Origin: Candidatus Dadabacteria bacterium
Lineage (GTDB): Bacteria; Desulfobacterota_D; UBA1144; Nemesobacterales; Nemesobacteraceae
DNA: 64,000 nucleotides
Reading direction: 5' to 3'
NCBI GenBank assembly: GCA_028823955.1
Contig: JAPPFE010000020.1
Location: forward strand, 19,797 to 83,796
In this document: piece by piece, positions 1 through 9,259 of the stretch
Layout: every line of letters starts with the position of its first letter
Position numbering within the stretch: position 1 is the stretch's first letter
Program-made: the position numbers and the translations under genes
Notes under the pieces: model-generated
Seen by the model: only the letters and a program-made list of their open reading frames with translations
Database searches by the model: none
Told to the model about the DNA's origin: nothing

Positions 1-153
1 CCTCTCTTCCGCTATAATCTGGTTACAGAGGTCTATGCACTCATCACAGATATAGACGCCGTGGCCCGCTATGAGCTTGTTGATCTCTTCCTGGTTCTTC
101 CCGCAGAAAGAACAGTAGTGCTTCGTTTCTTCTTTGCTTTTTCTGGGACTCAT
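1..153 (-). CDS. clpX: ATP-dependent Clp protease ATP-binding subunit ClpX (N-terminal fragment; gene continues beyond window start)
   Basis: Minus-strand translation from ATG at 153..151 reads [43 protein letters not shown], the C4 zinc-ribbon N-domain of ClpX. Its start overlaps the clpP stop (ATGA). Canonical tig-clpP-clpX synteny. Not in the ORF track because it is open-ended. Confidence 0.85.
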   Translation of the reverse strand, partial: MSPRKSKEETKHYCSFCGKNQEEINKLIAGHGVYICDECIDLCNQIIAEER

Positions 154-752
154 CCGGTTGCCTCCTCCCTTTCGGTAATTATGGCATCCACTATACCGTA
201 ATCAATAGAATCCTGGGCGGTCATGAAAAAGTCTCTGTCCGTATCGCTCGCTATCTTCTCAAGAGTCTGCCCGGTGTGCTTCTCAAGTATGGAGTTGAGC
301 TGCTCTTTCACCCTGACGATCTCCTTTGCGTGTATCTCTATGTCGCTTGCCTGCCCGGAAACACCTCCGAGCACCTGGTGAATCATCACCCTTGAGTGAG
401 GCAACGCATACCTTTTGCCCGCCGCGCCGCTTGCCAGAAGAACCGCAGCCATGCTGACCGCCTGCCCGATGCATATGGTGGAGACTTCGGGCTTCACGTA
501 CTGTATTGTGTCGTAGATGGCAAGACCGGAAGTAACATGCCCTCCGGGAGAATTTATGTAGAGGTAAATAGGCGTCTCGGGGTTCTCGGATTCAAGAAAA
601 AGGAGCTGGGCGATTACGACGTTGGCTACCGCATCGTTTATGTCGGAACCTATAAAGACGATCCTGTCCTTAAGGAGCCTTGAGAAAATATCGTAGCCCT
701 GATCGCCCCTGCTCGTACGCTCAATAACATAGGGTATGAAATCGGTTATCAT
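150..752 (-). CDS. clpP: ATP-dependent Clp protease proteolytic subunit ClpP
   Basis: 200 aa; N-terminal [26 protein letters not shown], the catalytic Ser region INSPGG and overall ClpP length. Confidence 0.95.
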   Translation of the reverse strand: MITDFIPYVIERTSRGDQGYDIFSRLLKDRIVFIGSDINDAVANVVIAQLLFLESENPETPIYLYINSPGGHVTSGLAIYDTIQYVKPEVSTICIGQAVSMAAVLLASGAAGKRYALPHSRVMIHQVLGGVSGQASDIEIHAKEIVRVKEQLNSILEKHTGQTLEKIASDTDRDFFMTAQDSIDYGIVDAIITEREEATG

Positions 753-775
753 CGAACCGATTATAACTAAGCGTG

Positions 776-2083
776 TTATTCCTTGTCAATCTGCGCGGGT
801 TCGCCCTCTACTTCCTCAATCTGGGCCCGCTCCAAGAGAAGATCCAAAACCCCTCGGGTTTTGATCTGGGATTCCAGATGCTCCATAGTCCCCGGCTGTT
901 CATAAGCCTTGTGCACCTGATCGGGGGGAAGATTATATGAAGCGGCCAGGCGGTCTATGTGCTCGTTTAACTGCTTACGGGTAACTCTCACGTTCTCCTT
1001 CTGAGCGATGCGGCCGAGAATTATAGATGTCCTGACACTCTCGGCGGCCTTCTCGGTGAATTTTGGAGCCACGTCCTCCCCGATCTCGGGCTCCGTGACT
1101 CCGCCTCTCTGCATGTCGGAGAGGAATCTCGCTTTAAGGCTCTCCTCTTCCTTTTCAAGCAGCGACGGAGGAACGTCGAACTGGTTTTTCGAGAGAAGGT
1201 CGTCGACTATCTGTTCCCTCATGGATGAGAGCTGTTCGTCTTCATGAAGGTGCTCAAGCTGCTCTTTTATGGCCTCTTTTAGCTCAGAGATACCCTCGAC
1301 GTCAAAATCCTTAGCGAAATCATCGTCCGCCTCGGGCAGAATCCTGTCGTGAATCTCATTTATCTTGACGGTGAAACTGACGGTTTTCCCGGCGGCCTCG
1401 GGTATTAGGAAATCTTCCGGGTAGGAAACCGAGAATTGAGCTTCCTCGCCCGCTTTCTTCCCAAGCAAGTTCTCTTCGAACTCGGGGGCAAACTGTTCTT
1501 CGCCCAGCAAAAACCTTACATTCTGCCTGTTAAGATCGTCTATGGTCTCCCCGTCTTCAAACTTGCCGCTGTAGTCGACAAAAAGGTAATCGCCCTCCTT
1601 GGCAGAACGGTCTTCCTCGATAAGCCTTGACTGCGCAGACCTTTCCCTGAGTTTCTGCACCTCGGCGTCTATATCCTCCTCGGTCACCTGGCGGACGGTT
1701 TTCTTAACCGGAATTGAGCTGTAGTCAGAAAGCTCAAAATCAGGAACAACCTCGAATTCAGCCGAATAGGCGAAGTCCTCTCCAGTCTTTACCTCACCCA
1801 TCTCCGTGATGTCGGGGCGTGTCACTGGCAAAAGCGAGCGCTGCGCAAGGGCTTCGGACAAGGTTTCCGAAACAAGGTTAGATGCGGTTTCCTGATCGAC
1901 CTCCTTTCCGTACATTGACTCGACCACGTGACGGGGGACCTTTCCCTTCCTAAATCCCTTGACGCTTACTCCCCCCATAACGTCACGGAACACGGAATTT
2001 CTTTTTTCCGCAACCTGATCTGAGGAAAGAGAAACCCTTATCTTTTTTCTGGTGCTGTCGATATCCTCAACATCTATCTTCAT
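776..2083 (-). CDS. tig: Trigger factor (ribosome-associated chaperone / PPIase)
   Basis: 435 aa; N-terminal [19 protein letters not shown] ribosome-binding-domain pattern and position immediately upstream of clpP. Confidence 0.9.
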   Translation of the reverse strand: MKIDVEDIDSTRKKIRVSLSSDQVAEKRNSVFRDVMGGVSVKGFRKGKVPRHVVESMYGKEVDQETASNLVSETLSEALAQRSLLPVTRPDITEMGEVKTGEDFAYSAEFEVVPDFELSDYSSIPVKKTVRQVTEEDIDAEVQKLRERSAQSRLIEEDRSAKEGDYLFVDYSGKFEDGETIDDLNRQNVRFLLGEEQFAPEFEENLLGKKAGEEAQFSVSYPEDFLIPEAAGKTVSFTVKINEIHDRILPEADDDFAKDFDVEGISELKEAIKEQLEHLHEDEQLSSMREQIVDDLLSKNQFDVPPSLLEKEEESLKARFLSDMQRGGVTEPEIGEDVAPKFTEKAAESVRTSIILGRIAQKENVRVTRKQLNEHIDRLAASYNLPPDQVHKAYEQPGTMEHLESQIKTRGVLDLLLERAQIEEVEGEPAQIDKE

Positions 2084-2239
2084 TTTGTCTAAAACCCCTC
2101 AGCAAAGAATTCAGGTAACAATATATCATTATTCGAAAAATTCTAGTATGCTCCGTAACTCAAAGTGAATTTTTAAATCCGAAGTTAAAAACCGAACGTC
2201 ACACCTTTTGCACGTCATGTCTTGAACGTCGCTCGCAGC

Positions 2240-4174
2240 TTACGAATGTTTTTCCCGGTATACGTAATTTCGTGCAAACAAACAAAAGGCAAGAAGAAGA
2301 AGGACAGCTTGGGGGATCGCGGTCTCATAAGAAGGATATATCCCAAGGGTATCCATGTAAGGAATGAAATCCGCCGTAGTTGAAGAAATAATTCCCGCCT
2401 CCTGGAGTTCAAGTATTCCCTTGCCGAGAAGTATGAAACAGAGCAGGTAGAGGAAAACGCTCGTGAAGGAAAAGAAGTATTTAAGAGGAATCCTGAGGGT
2501 AAACCTGTACATAAGAAAAGCTATTACGAACACAACCGCCACCCCCGCAATAAGTCCATAGATCACGTGTGGCATGGAGGAACCTGTCTGGAAGAAAAGT
2601 GCCTGGTAAAAAAGCATTGTCTCGAAAGCTTCCCTGTAGACAGCAAGGAACGAGACGAAAGCAAGAGTAAGGCCGCTTCTTCGGGTAAGCGCGCCTTGGG
2701 TTTTGGAGCGGACGTATTCCTTCCATTTTTTTACGTCCGCCTTTGAGATAAGCCAGTAACTTACGTAAAAAAGAATCACTGCTGCCAGAAGAGAAGTCAC
2801 TCCTTCCACAATCTCCCTCCTAGCCCCCGAGATATCTATTATGGTTCTTGCCGCAACCCACGTCGCCAGTCCTGCAAAGAGGGCAAGCACCCACCCGTAG
2901 TGAACGTACCTGATCATCCCGCGGTTACCTGAATGCGCTAAAGCGGCGATAATGGCCGCGATTATCAGCAGAGCTTCAAGCGCTTCTCTGAGTATTATGG
3001 CAAAAGAATTGACAAAACTCAGGTATTTGCCGAGCGATGAGCCGCCTTGCAGGATGCGCTCCGACTCGCGAAGATCCTCCTCTATGCTAGCTTTCAGATC
3101 ATGAAGCTCGGAGGAATCCCGGTCGGACATCACTAATGACCTGAAAAATCCCATTTTTTTTTCAACCTCAAGAACAAGCGGTCTTTTTTTCGATACCAGG
3201 GCAGGTTCGATTCTCTGAAACCCTCCCAAGTACCCGTCGAGAGCCTCCTTGAAAGCCTCGTCCTTTCTGCCGGCCTCGTAAAGATCGATGGCCTCTTCAA
3301 GCTTCCTCAGGGTATGGGCTATAGCTTCGGATGCACCTCCAGCAATTCCATCCCGAAGATAAGCGGTTCTCAGGTAAAAAAGAACTTCCTCGTCACTGCC
3401 CCCGGCTCCGGCATTAAGAAGAATCTCCGCATTGCTGGCCAGGGCAAGATTTTCAAGCTTTTTTACATCATGGGGAATATTCTCCGTGGAAAGTCCAGAA
3501 GCACCTCCGCCTGAGGGAATATCTGGATACCCGAGCGAGAGAACGTAAAACGCCACATCCCATTTCTGTTTTTCGTCAAGCACCTTTTCGAACGAGGTCA
3601 TGGCGGTACCTTCGATCCCGAAAGTGGTGGTGTTGTAAACTTTAAAAGGTGAGAGCCCGAGATTTATATCAGGGTCTGTGAAATCCGTGGGAGGAGGATT
3701 GAGGGTCTTAGAGAAAGCATCGTCCGGCCTTCCTGAGAGCCCATGACAGGAGGAACAGTTCCTCACGTAAAGCTCTTTTCCGCTTTCGTAATCGGGTATA
3801 TTCGCCGGATAGGGTTTGATGTCATAGACTGAAATGATCCGCCCCTTCAGTTCACCTGCAAGGCTTTCCACTTCTGAGACGGGCCCCTTGGATACTATAA
3901 TTGAGTGCAGACGTGCGAATTTTTCGGAAAAATCAGCTGTTCCTTCTCTCTTCTCACCCGTTTTTTCCCACAGACCAGCCGCTACGGAAGAAAAGTCCAG
4001 CATCTCCTGATACTCAAATTCGTTTATGATCTTCCCTTCTTTTACGGCATTTGCGTAGTCTCCTCCTATGTAATCGACAAGAGAGAGGATCCTGTCTATC
4101 TCTGCGGCATAAGAGAGCGCGGGAAAAAGAAAAAATATGAGAACTGACAAATAGAAGAAACTTTTTTTAAGCAT
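2240..4174 (-). CDS. Fusion protein: periplasmic c-type cytochrome domain + FTR1/EfeU-family high-affinity iron permease
   Basis: Signal peptide MLKKSFFYLSVLIFFLFPALSYA. Single CXXCH heme-binding motif (NCSSCHG) with a downstream GTAMTSF Met-ligand region. C-terminal 7-TM domain carries two REXXE motifs (REALE, REAFE) typical of FTR1 permeases. The alternative upstream ATG at 4195 would give 651 aa. Confidence 0.75.
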   Translation of the reverse strand: MLKKSFFYLSVLIFFLFPALSYAAEIDRILSLVDYIGGDYANAVKEGKIINEFEYQEMLDFSSVAAGLWEKTGEKREGTADFSEKFARLHSIIVSKGPVSEVESLAGELKGRIISVYDIKPYPANIPDYESGKELYVRNCSSCHGLSGRPDDAFSKTLNPPPTDFTDPDINLGLSPFKVYNTTTFGIEGTAMTSFEKVLDEKQKWDVAFYVLSLGYPDIPSGGGASGLSTENIPHDVKKLENLALASNAEILLNAGAGGSDEEVLFYLRTAYLRDGIAGGASEAIAHTLRKLEEAIDLYEAGRKDEAFKEALDGYLGGFQRIEPALVSKKRPLVLEVEKKMGFFRSLVMSDRDSSELHDLKASIEEDLRESERILQGGSSLGKYLSFVNSFAIILREALEALLIIAAIIAALAHSGNRGMIRYVHYGWVLALFAGLATWVAARTIIDISGARREIVEGVTSLLAAVILFYVSYWLISKADVKKWKEYVRSKTQGALTRRSGLTLAFVSFLAVYREAFETMLFYQALFFQTGSSMPHVIYGLIAGVAVVFVIAFLMYRFTLRIPLKYFFSFTSVFLYLLCFILLGKGILELQEAGIISSTTADFIPYMDTLGIYPSYETAIPQAVLLLLAFCLFARNYVYREKHS

Positions 4175-4351
4175 AGTCCGCGAATATCTCCCCATCTTGG
4201 GGGTCAGGGAAGGTATTTTTTACCATTCTAGACCTTTATTGTCAATAATTCTCATTGTCGTCATTTTCGCCTATCTACATAGTTCCGTGAAGAAAATCAG
4301 ACGGGTAATTTCGCTGATTTTCTTATCTGCAAATATTTTTAAAAAAAATTC

Positions 4352-4380
4352 TTGACATCATAACTCCAGGATGTTATTAA
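4352..4380 (+). promoter_or_regulatory. Candidate sigma70-type promoter (TTGACA - 17 bp - TATTAA) for the porin operon in the AT-rich divergent intergenic region
   Basis: TTGACA at 4352..4357 and TTATTAA at about 4374..4380, about 80 bp upstream of the 4461 start codon. The intergenic region 4196..4460 is strongly AT-rich relative to its flanks. Confidence 0.35.
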
Positions 4381-4385
4381 TCTAC

Positions 4386-4410
4386 ATTATGGATATTACA
4401 TATCCATAAT
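4386..4410. promoter_or_regulatory. Perfect inverted repeat ATTATGGATAT-tac-ATATCCATAAT, a candidate operator overlapping the transcription start region
   Basis: 11-bp arms with a 3-bp spacer, seen directly in the sequence just downstream of the putative -10 element. Sits between the divergent FTR1-cytochrome gene and the porin/FMN-binding operon. Confidence 0.35.
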
Positions 4411-4460
4411 ATCTACTAATTAGGCAACCCTAACAGGTCGCAAAAGGAGGATGTCAACAG

Positions 4461-5777
4461 ATGGTTAATTATACAAAAAGGTGGAAAACGCTTTTTGTCT
4501 TTTTCCTGATTTTTTCACTCGGAGGTACGCAGATTTCTCTAGCGGGTACGGCTTCGGACGAAAAGATAAAAAAGCTTGAGGAACAGATAAAAGTTCTAGC
4601 GGATGAGATAGAAGCCATAAAGTCCGCTTCGGTAACAGAGCCTACGGTCTATGAGACGGAATTCGGCTTGGCCCCCGCGGCTTCTAAGGTCTACAGGGTT
4701 GATCAGGGAATATCGTTCGGAGGATACGGTGAGGTGCTTATAGGCAACGTAAAAGAGGGGGATGCGAACGATGTAGTGGATACCCTGAGACTGGTTCTCT
4801 ATAACGGCTACAAGTACAACGACCACATAATTTTCAACTCGGAAATCGAGTTCGAGCACGGTACGACGGGAAGCAACAAAGATGGACAATCAGGATCGGC
4901 CTCGGTTGAGTTCGCGTACGTCGATTTCCTTATAAGGGATGAGCTTAACCTTCGGGGTGGGCTTCTGCTGACTCCTTTCGGAGTTGTAAACGAGATTCAT
5001 GAGCCGACAACGTTTTACGGAGTGGGGCGACCCGAGGTGGAGAGACGGATAATTCCGAGCACATGGAGAGAGTCTGGAGCCGGGGCACATGGAACGTTTG
5101 ATCTGGGCAGCGGCGGAGAGCTTTCTTACAGGGCCTACGTGATGTCGAGCGCCGATGCTCGGGGGTTCAAGGCATCGGATAACAGAAGTCTTCGAATCAA
5201 GGGAAACAGGGCAAGATTCGAGGACATGGCTTTTGTCGGAAGGCTTGAGTACGATCCTATTCCGGGAATCAGAATCGGAGGATCCATGTACTACGGTAAC
5301 ACCGGTCAGGACGAGGAAGTTAACGGCCAGACTATAGACGGCCTCTTCCAGATGTACTCGGTTGACGGACAGTTTCAGTATGCAGGGTTAGACCTGAAGG
5401 CTTTAGCAGTCTGGACCAGTCTTGATGACGCCGCGCTTATAAACCAACTTAAAGAGTATGAAGGCAACAAATCCGTCGGGGAGGAACAGTCCGGCTGGTA
5501 TATTCTAGGAGCATATAACATTTTCTCCGCGCTTAACTCTGGAAGCAGATACATGGAGTACCTAGCGCCTTTTTTCCGATATGAACAATTTGATACCCAG
5601 GAGAAGGTTCCCGCCGGATATGAGAGAAATCCAGCGAACGACAGAACCCAGTACACTATCGGGATAAATTACAAGCCGATTCCAAACGTGGTCATAAAGG
5701 CAGAGTATCAGAATCTTGATACCGCCGCGGGTCAGGCAAAGGACCAGTACAACTTCGGGATTGGATATGTGTTTTAG
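4461..5777 (+). CDS. Outer-membrane porin, phosphate-selective porin O/P-like (N-terminal coiled coil + beta-barrel)
   Basis: Signal peptide, then a coiled-coil segment (EKIKKLEEQIKVLADEIEAIKSA). Alternating amphipathic beta-strands and a C-terminal ...YNFGIGYVF ending in aromatic Phe, typical of OMP barrels. Resembles the second porin at 44022..45293. Confidence 0.6.
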   Translation: MVNYTKRWKTLFVFFLIFSLGGTQISLAGTASDEKIKKLEEQIKVLADEIEAIKSASVTEPTVYETEFGLAPAASKVYRVDQGISFGGYGEVLIGNVKEGDANDVVDTLRLVLYNGYKYNDHIIFNSEIEFEHGTTGSNKDGQSGSASVEFAYVDFLIRDELNLRGGLLLTPFGVVNEIHEPTTFYGVGRPEVERRIIPSTWRESGAGAHGTFDLGSGGELSYRAYVMSSADARGFKASDNRSLRIKGNRARFEDMAFVGRLEYDPIPGIRIGGSMYYGNTGQDEEVNGQTIDGLFQMYSVDGQFQYAGLDLKALAVWTSLDDAALINQLKEYEGNKSVGEEQSGWYILGAYNIFSALNSGSRYMEYLAPFFRYEQFDTQEKVPAGYERNPANDRTQYTIGINYKPIPNVVIKAEYQNLDTAAGQAKDQYNFGIGYVF

Positions 5778-5890
5778 TATGCAGAACTTAAATCCGCGAT
5801 AAACGGGCGCGGGTTTATGCTTCTTTTTTTTCTCTCCTTCTCTCTCTTCAAAAGGGCAATATTCAGATAGAATGTTGCCCTTCTTTCATC

Positions 5891-6442
5891 ATGAATATGA
5901 GAATCCTTATCTTAATAACGCTTTTGTTTTTTCTGCATGGTGCCGGAGATGTCTCCGCCAAGGTCTTTCTTACCAAAGGCAAGGCGCTTGAGCTCCTTTT
6001 CCCTGAAGCAGAAGAAATAGAAAAAAGACACGTTTTTCTCACCAAGCCCCAGGCCGAAAGCGTACGTGAAATGGCCAGGGTAGAGGTAGATTCAAGACTC
6101 TACACTTTCTACATAGCGAAATCCGGCGCAAAAGAGACAGGCTACGCGGTTATCGATACCCACACTCTTCGTACCTTGACCGAAACCGTAATGTTCGTAA
6201 TAAATCCCGATGGGACGCTTCGCCACGCCGAAACTCTCGCATTTTTCGAACCCACAGATTACATGCCGAGCGGAAAATGGATAAACTTGTTCCTGGAAAA
6301 AACCAAGATGGACAGAATGAAGGTAGGAAAAGGAGTTCCCAATATTACCGGAGCCACGATAAGTGCGGTATCTTTTTCGCAAGCCACGAGAAGAGTCCTC
6401 GCAGTCTACAGGGTTATGTTCGGCACTACGGCTGATCAATAA
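5891..6442 (+). CDS. Secreted FMN-binding-domain protein (NqrC/RnfG-like), predicted substrate for covalent flavinylation
   Basis: Signal peptide MNMRILILITLLFFLHGAGDVSA. C-terminal ...VPNITGATISAVSFSQATRRVL matches the [S/T]GAT[I/V]S flavinylation motif of FMN_bind domains. ApbE is encoded immediately downstream (convergent). Confidence 0.6.
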   Translation: MNMRILILITLLFFLHGAGDVSAKVFLTKGKALELLFPEAEEIEKRHVFLTKPQAESVREMARVEVDSRLYTFYIAKSGAKETGYAVIDTHTLRTLTETVMFVINPDGTLRHAETLAFFEPTDYMPSGKWINLFLEKTKMDRMKVGKGVPNITGATISAVSFSQATRRVLAVYRVMFGTTADQ

Positions 6443-6462
6443 CTTCTATCCAGGAGAGAAAA

Positions 6463-6957
6463 ATGAAATTCTTCATTTCATCGGACATAAGAAAAAACGA
6501 TCTGTTAAAACTTGTCGTTCTGCTCACGACTATTTTCTTCCTCTTTCTGTGGCTAACAAACCTGCTGCTTTTCCTTAAGGTGGGGTTCAGCTATGAAAGC
6601 GTTGTTGAGTACTACAGGGGTTCCGAGGAGAGTTTCAGGCCTCCGAGAAGCTACCTTGGACTGCTTGAAGAAGCCCATTTCCACTTTTTCTCAATGGCCG
6701 TTTTACTTGTAACGCTAAATCATCTCTTTCTTTTCACTAACAGAAGCTCCGCTGAGAAGCTTCTCGTCATAATAGCGTCTTACGGCTCGGCCTTCCTCGA
6801 TATAGCCGGCGGCTGGCTAGTAAGATATGTAAGCCCCGAGTTTGCCTATGTTAAAATCGGCTCTTTTGTTGTCCTTCAGATATCTCTTCTTTACCTGATC
6901 ATTTTCGTAACGTTTTATCTCTACAGAAAAAAACCAGAATATCCGAAGCAGCAGTGA
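6463..6957 (+). CDS. Small integral membrane protein (about 4 TM), unknown function
   Basis: 164 aa and strongly hydrophobic. Start is 20 bp after the FMN-binding gene, so probably co-transcribed. No recognised motif. Confidence 0.45.
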   Translation: MKFFISSDIRKNDLLKLVVLLTTIFFLFLWLTNLLLFLKVGFSYESVVEYYRGSEESFRPPRSYLGLLEEAHFHFFSMAVLLVTLNHLFLFTNRSSAEKLLVIIASYGSAFLDIAGGWLVRYVSPEFAYVKIGSFVVLQISLLYLIIFVTFYLYRKKPEYPKQQ

Positions 6958-6969
6958 CTCCCCTGCACC

Positions 6970-7947
6970 CTACGGGCACGCATAAGACCCGAAGCAGGAC
7001 TTTTTCTTTCCGCTTTTCCAAACGACGAGAAAACCCAGTGATTTATCCTTCCTGGCAAACATCTTCGCGCCACGCGGACCCAGAACCGAAACGGCAGTCG
7101 AGAAGATATCGGCTTCCGTAGCGGTTTTGGAAACGGCTACAACGGAAGTCACGTCCTCAGCCGGCCAACCCGTCCTGGGATCAATTATATGGGAGTATCT
7201 TTTCCCATCGTGCTCAAAGTAGCGCTCATAATCTCCTGAAGTCGCGACACCCTTGTCCACAAGGTCAAGCTTCGAGATGATTTCGCTTCCGCTCCCGGGT
7301 TTTCTCACTCCCACATCCCAGAACTTTTTGCCTGCGGGGGGGTCCATTGCGTATATGTTTCCCCCGAAATTCACAAGCCCCCTCTTGATCCCGTTTTGCC
7401 TGGCGATATTTACCATCTCGTCAACCGCATAGCCTTTTCCTATAGCTCCGAAGTCGAGTCTGACACAGTCGCCGTCAAGGAAAACCTGGGATTTAACTTC
7501 GTCTATCTTTATTTTCCGAAAACCCGTACACCCAAGTGCGTCGCGGATCCGTGACCGGCCGGGTAACCGCCCCGCCTTGGTCTCAGTCCCCCAGAGTTCG
7601 AAAAGACTGCCGATAGTTATGTCAAAAGCCCCTTCGGTAAGCTCTGAGTACTTAATCGAGGTCCGCACGAGACGTAGAAACTCTGTGGGAACGGAAACGG
7701 GAGCAACTCCCGCATTCCTGTTCACCTCAGCAAGAACACTGTCATCCCTGTAGTTACTGAAAAGCCGGTCTATTTCCTTGGTTCTCTTCACGCAGGCATC
7801 AACAACCCGGTGAAAAAGTTCTTCGCTCGGGGAATAAAACTTAAGTTTCACCGTTGAACCCATCGAGTAAAAAGATCTCTCGTAAAGATTCTCCGTACCG
7901 TGGGAGCAGGAACAAAGAAGCAAAGCTAAAAGCACAAGAAGGCGCAT
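6970..7947 (-). CDS. apbE: FAD:protein FMN transferase ApbE (lipoprotein)
   Basis: Lipobox-like LLLCSCS signal. ApbE-family blocks GAIGKGYAVDE, SGDYERYFEHDGKRYSHIIDPRTGWP and TATEADIFSTAV. Confidence 0.85.
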   Translation of the reverse strand: MRLLVLLALLLCSCSHGTENLYERSFYSMGSTVKLKFYSPSEELFHRVVDACVKRTKEIDRLFSNYRDDSVLAEVNRNAGVAPVSVPTEFLRLVRTSIKYSELTEGAFDITIGSLFELWGTETKAGRLPGRSRIRDALGCTGFRKIKIDEVKSQVFLDGDCVRLDFGAIGKGYAVDEMVNIARQNGIKRGLVNFGGNIYAMDPPAGKKFWDVGVRKPGSGSEIISKLDLVDKGVATSGDYERYFEHDGKRYSHIIDPRTGWPAEDVTSVVAVSKTATEADIFSTAVSVLGPRGAKMFARKDKSLGFLVVWKSGKKKSCFGSYACP

Positions 7948-7975
7948 ATCTTGAGAATCACGTAAAGCGTTTTTC

Positions 7976-8057
7976 TGCGAGAGGAGGGAGTCGAACCCTC
8001 ACACCCTAAGGTACTAGATCCTAAATCTAGCGCGTCTGCCTGTTCCGCCACTCTCGC
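7976..8057 (-). tRNA. tRNA-Leu (anticodon TAG)
   Basis: Manual fold of the reverse complement: acceptor GCGAGAG/CTCTCGC, anticodon stem CTAGA/TCTAG with loop TTTAGGA (anticodon TAG, G37). Long variable arm, T-arm GGTTCGACTCC, discriminator A. End coordinates are within 2 nt. Confidence 0.8.
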
Positions 8058-8128
8058 CCTTTACAGTCAAAAATCGCCAAGCACCCGGAATCATGGTTCC
8101 GGACAGCACCGTAAGATGCAAAATGAAT

Positions 8129-8202
8129 TGGGCTGCGAGGGATTCGAACCCACGACCGACTGATTAAGAGTCAGCTGCTCTACCAGGCTGAGCTAGCAGC
8201 CC
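8129..8202 (-). tRNA. tRNA-Lys (anticodon CTT)
   Basis: Reverse complement reads GGGCTGCTAGCTCAGCCTGGTAGAGCAGCTGACTCTTAATCAGTCGGTCGTGGGTTCGAATCCCTCGCAGCCCA. Anticodon loop CTCTTAA, canonical cloverleaf. Confidence 0.85.
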
Positions 8203-8280
8203 GCAAACAGAATAACAGAAAAGAAAATAAATGAAAATCGAGGCGCCCGTCGTCTCAAGCAGCTAAAATTTCCCGCCCTT

Positions 8281-9216
8281 TTGAACTCTCAGCTAAGATC
8301 GTTTATTTTTGAAGTTGTGGAAAATCTAATAAATCACCTCAGGGAATACAACAATGCTTACAGCTCGCAGATAGAAAACCTGGTGCTTTCTATTCTGATA
8401 GTGGCAATACTGTTCTTCCTAAGAAAAATCCTGATCTCGATCATAACCAAGAACACGAAAGATCCCAGGACAGTCTATTACTCAAAACGCATTATAGGAT
8501 ACATCTACGCCTTCCTTGCCATAATACTGGTCGGCAGCTTGTGGATAAAGGGCCTGGGCCCCATAGGAACCTATCTGGGTATCGCGAGCGCCGGTCTCGC
8601 CATAGCACTTCATGAGACCATAGCCAACATTGCAGGCTGGTTCTTCATCCTCTGGAGAAAACCCTTCGTAATAGGGGACCGCATACAGATAGGAGAAACC
8701 AAGGGGGACGTAATAGATTTAAGGCTTTTTCAGTTCAGCATAGTCGAGGTCGGAAACTGGGTTGAAGCTGAACAGAGTACGGGCAGGATCATACATATTC
8801 CCAACAGTCATGTGCTGAAGGAGAGAACCGCGAATTACCACGGCGCGTTTAACTATATATGGAATGAGATACATGTCCTCGTAACGTTTGAGAGCGACTG
8901 GAAAAAGACCCGTGAAATTCTTGAGAGAATAGCAAAAGAAAAAATTGAATCTTCTTCAGGGCAGGCTGAACAACAGCTCCGCCTAGCCGCCGAGAGATAC
9001 ATGATACATTTCTCGAAGCTAACCCCGGCGGTTTACATGTCGACAAGAGACAGTGGAGTGCTTTTCTCAATCAGATACATAATAAATCCGAGACAGAAAA
9101 GAGGCTCCGAACAAACTATTTGGGAAGCGATACTAACCGAGTTTGGAAAGCATTCCGACATCGATTTCGCTTACCCGACGACGCGCTTCTATACTCCTCT
9201 GCCCGAGAGTCCTTAA
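8281..9216 (+). CDS. Mechanosensitive ion channel, MscS family
   Basis: Three N-terminal TM helices followed by the MscS beta-domain signature FVIGDRIQIGETKGDVIDLRLFQFSIVEVGNW. No in-frame ATG before the channel domain, so the start is probably TTG at 8281 or GTG near 8317. Confidence 0.7.
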   Translation: MNSQLRSFIFEVVENLINHLREYNNAYSSQIENLVLSILIVAILFFLRKILISIITKNTKDPRTVYYSKRIIGYIYAFLAIILVGSLWIKGLGPIGTYLGIASAGLAIALHETIANIAGWFFILWRKPFVIGDRIQIGETKGDVIDLRLFQFSIVEVGNWVEAEQSTGRIIHIPNSHVLKERTANYHGAFNYIWNEIHVLVTFESDWKKTREILERIAKEKIESSSGQAEQQLRLAAERYMIHFSKLTPAVYMSTRDSGVLFSIRYIINPRQKRGSEQTIWEAILTEFGKHSDIDFAYPTTRFYTPLPESP

Positions 9217-9259
9217 AAAACAGAACTCTCTCCCTGAACTGGGAAAAACAGGATCCCTG

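Noticed and set aside
5778-5890. Possible terminator after the porin gene (ATAAACGGGCGCGGGTTTAT followed by a T-run).
   Set aside because: The stem is short and AT-ended with poor internal complementarity. It is too weak to call and may simply be an intergenic spacer before the FMN_bind gene.
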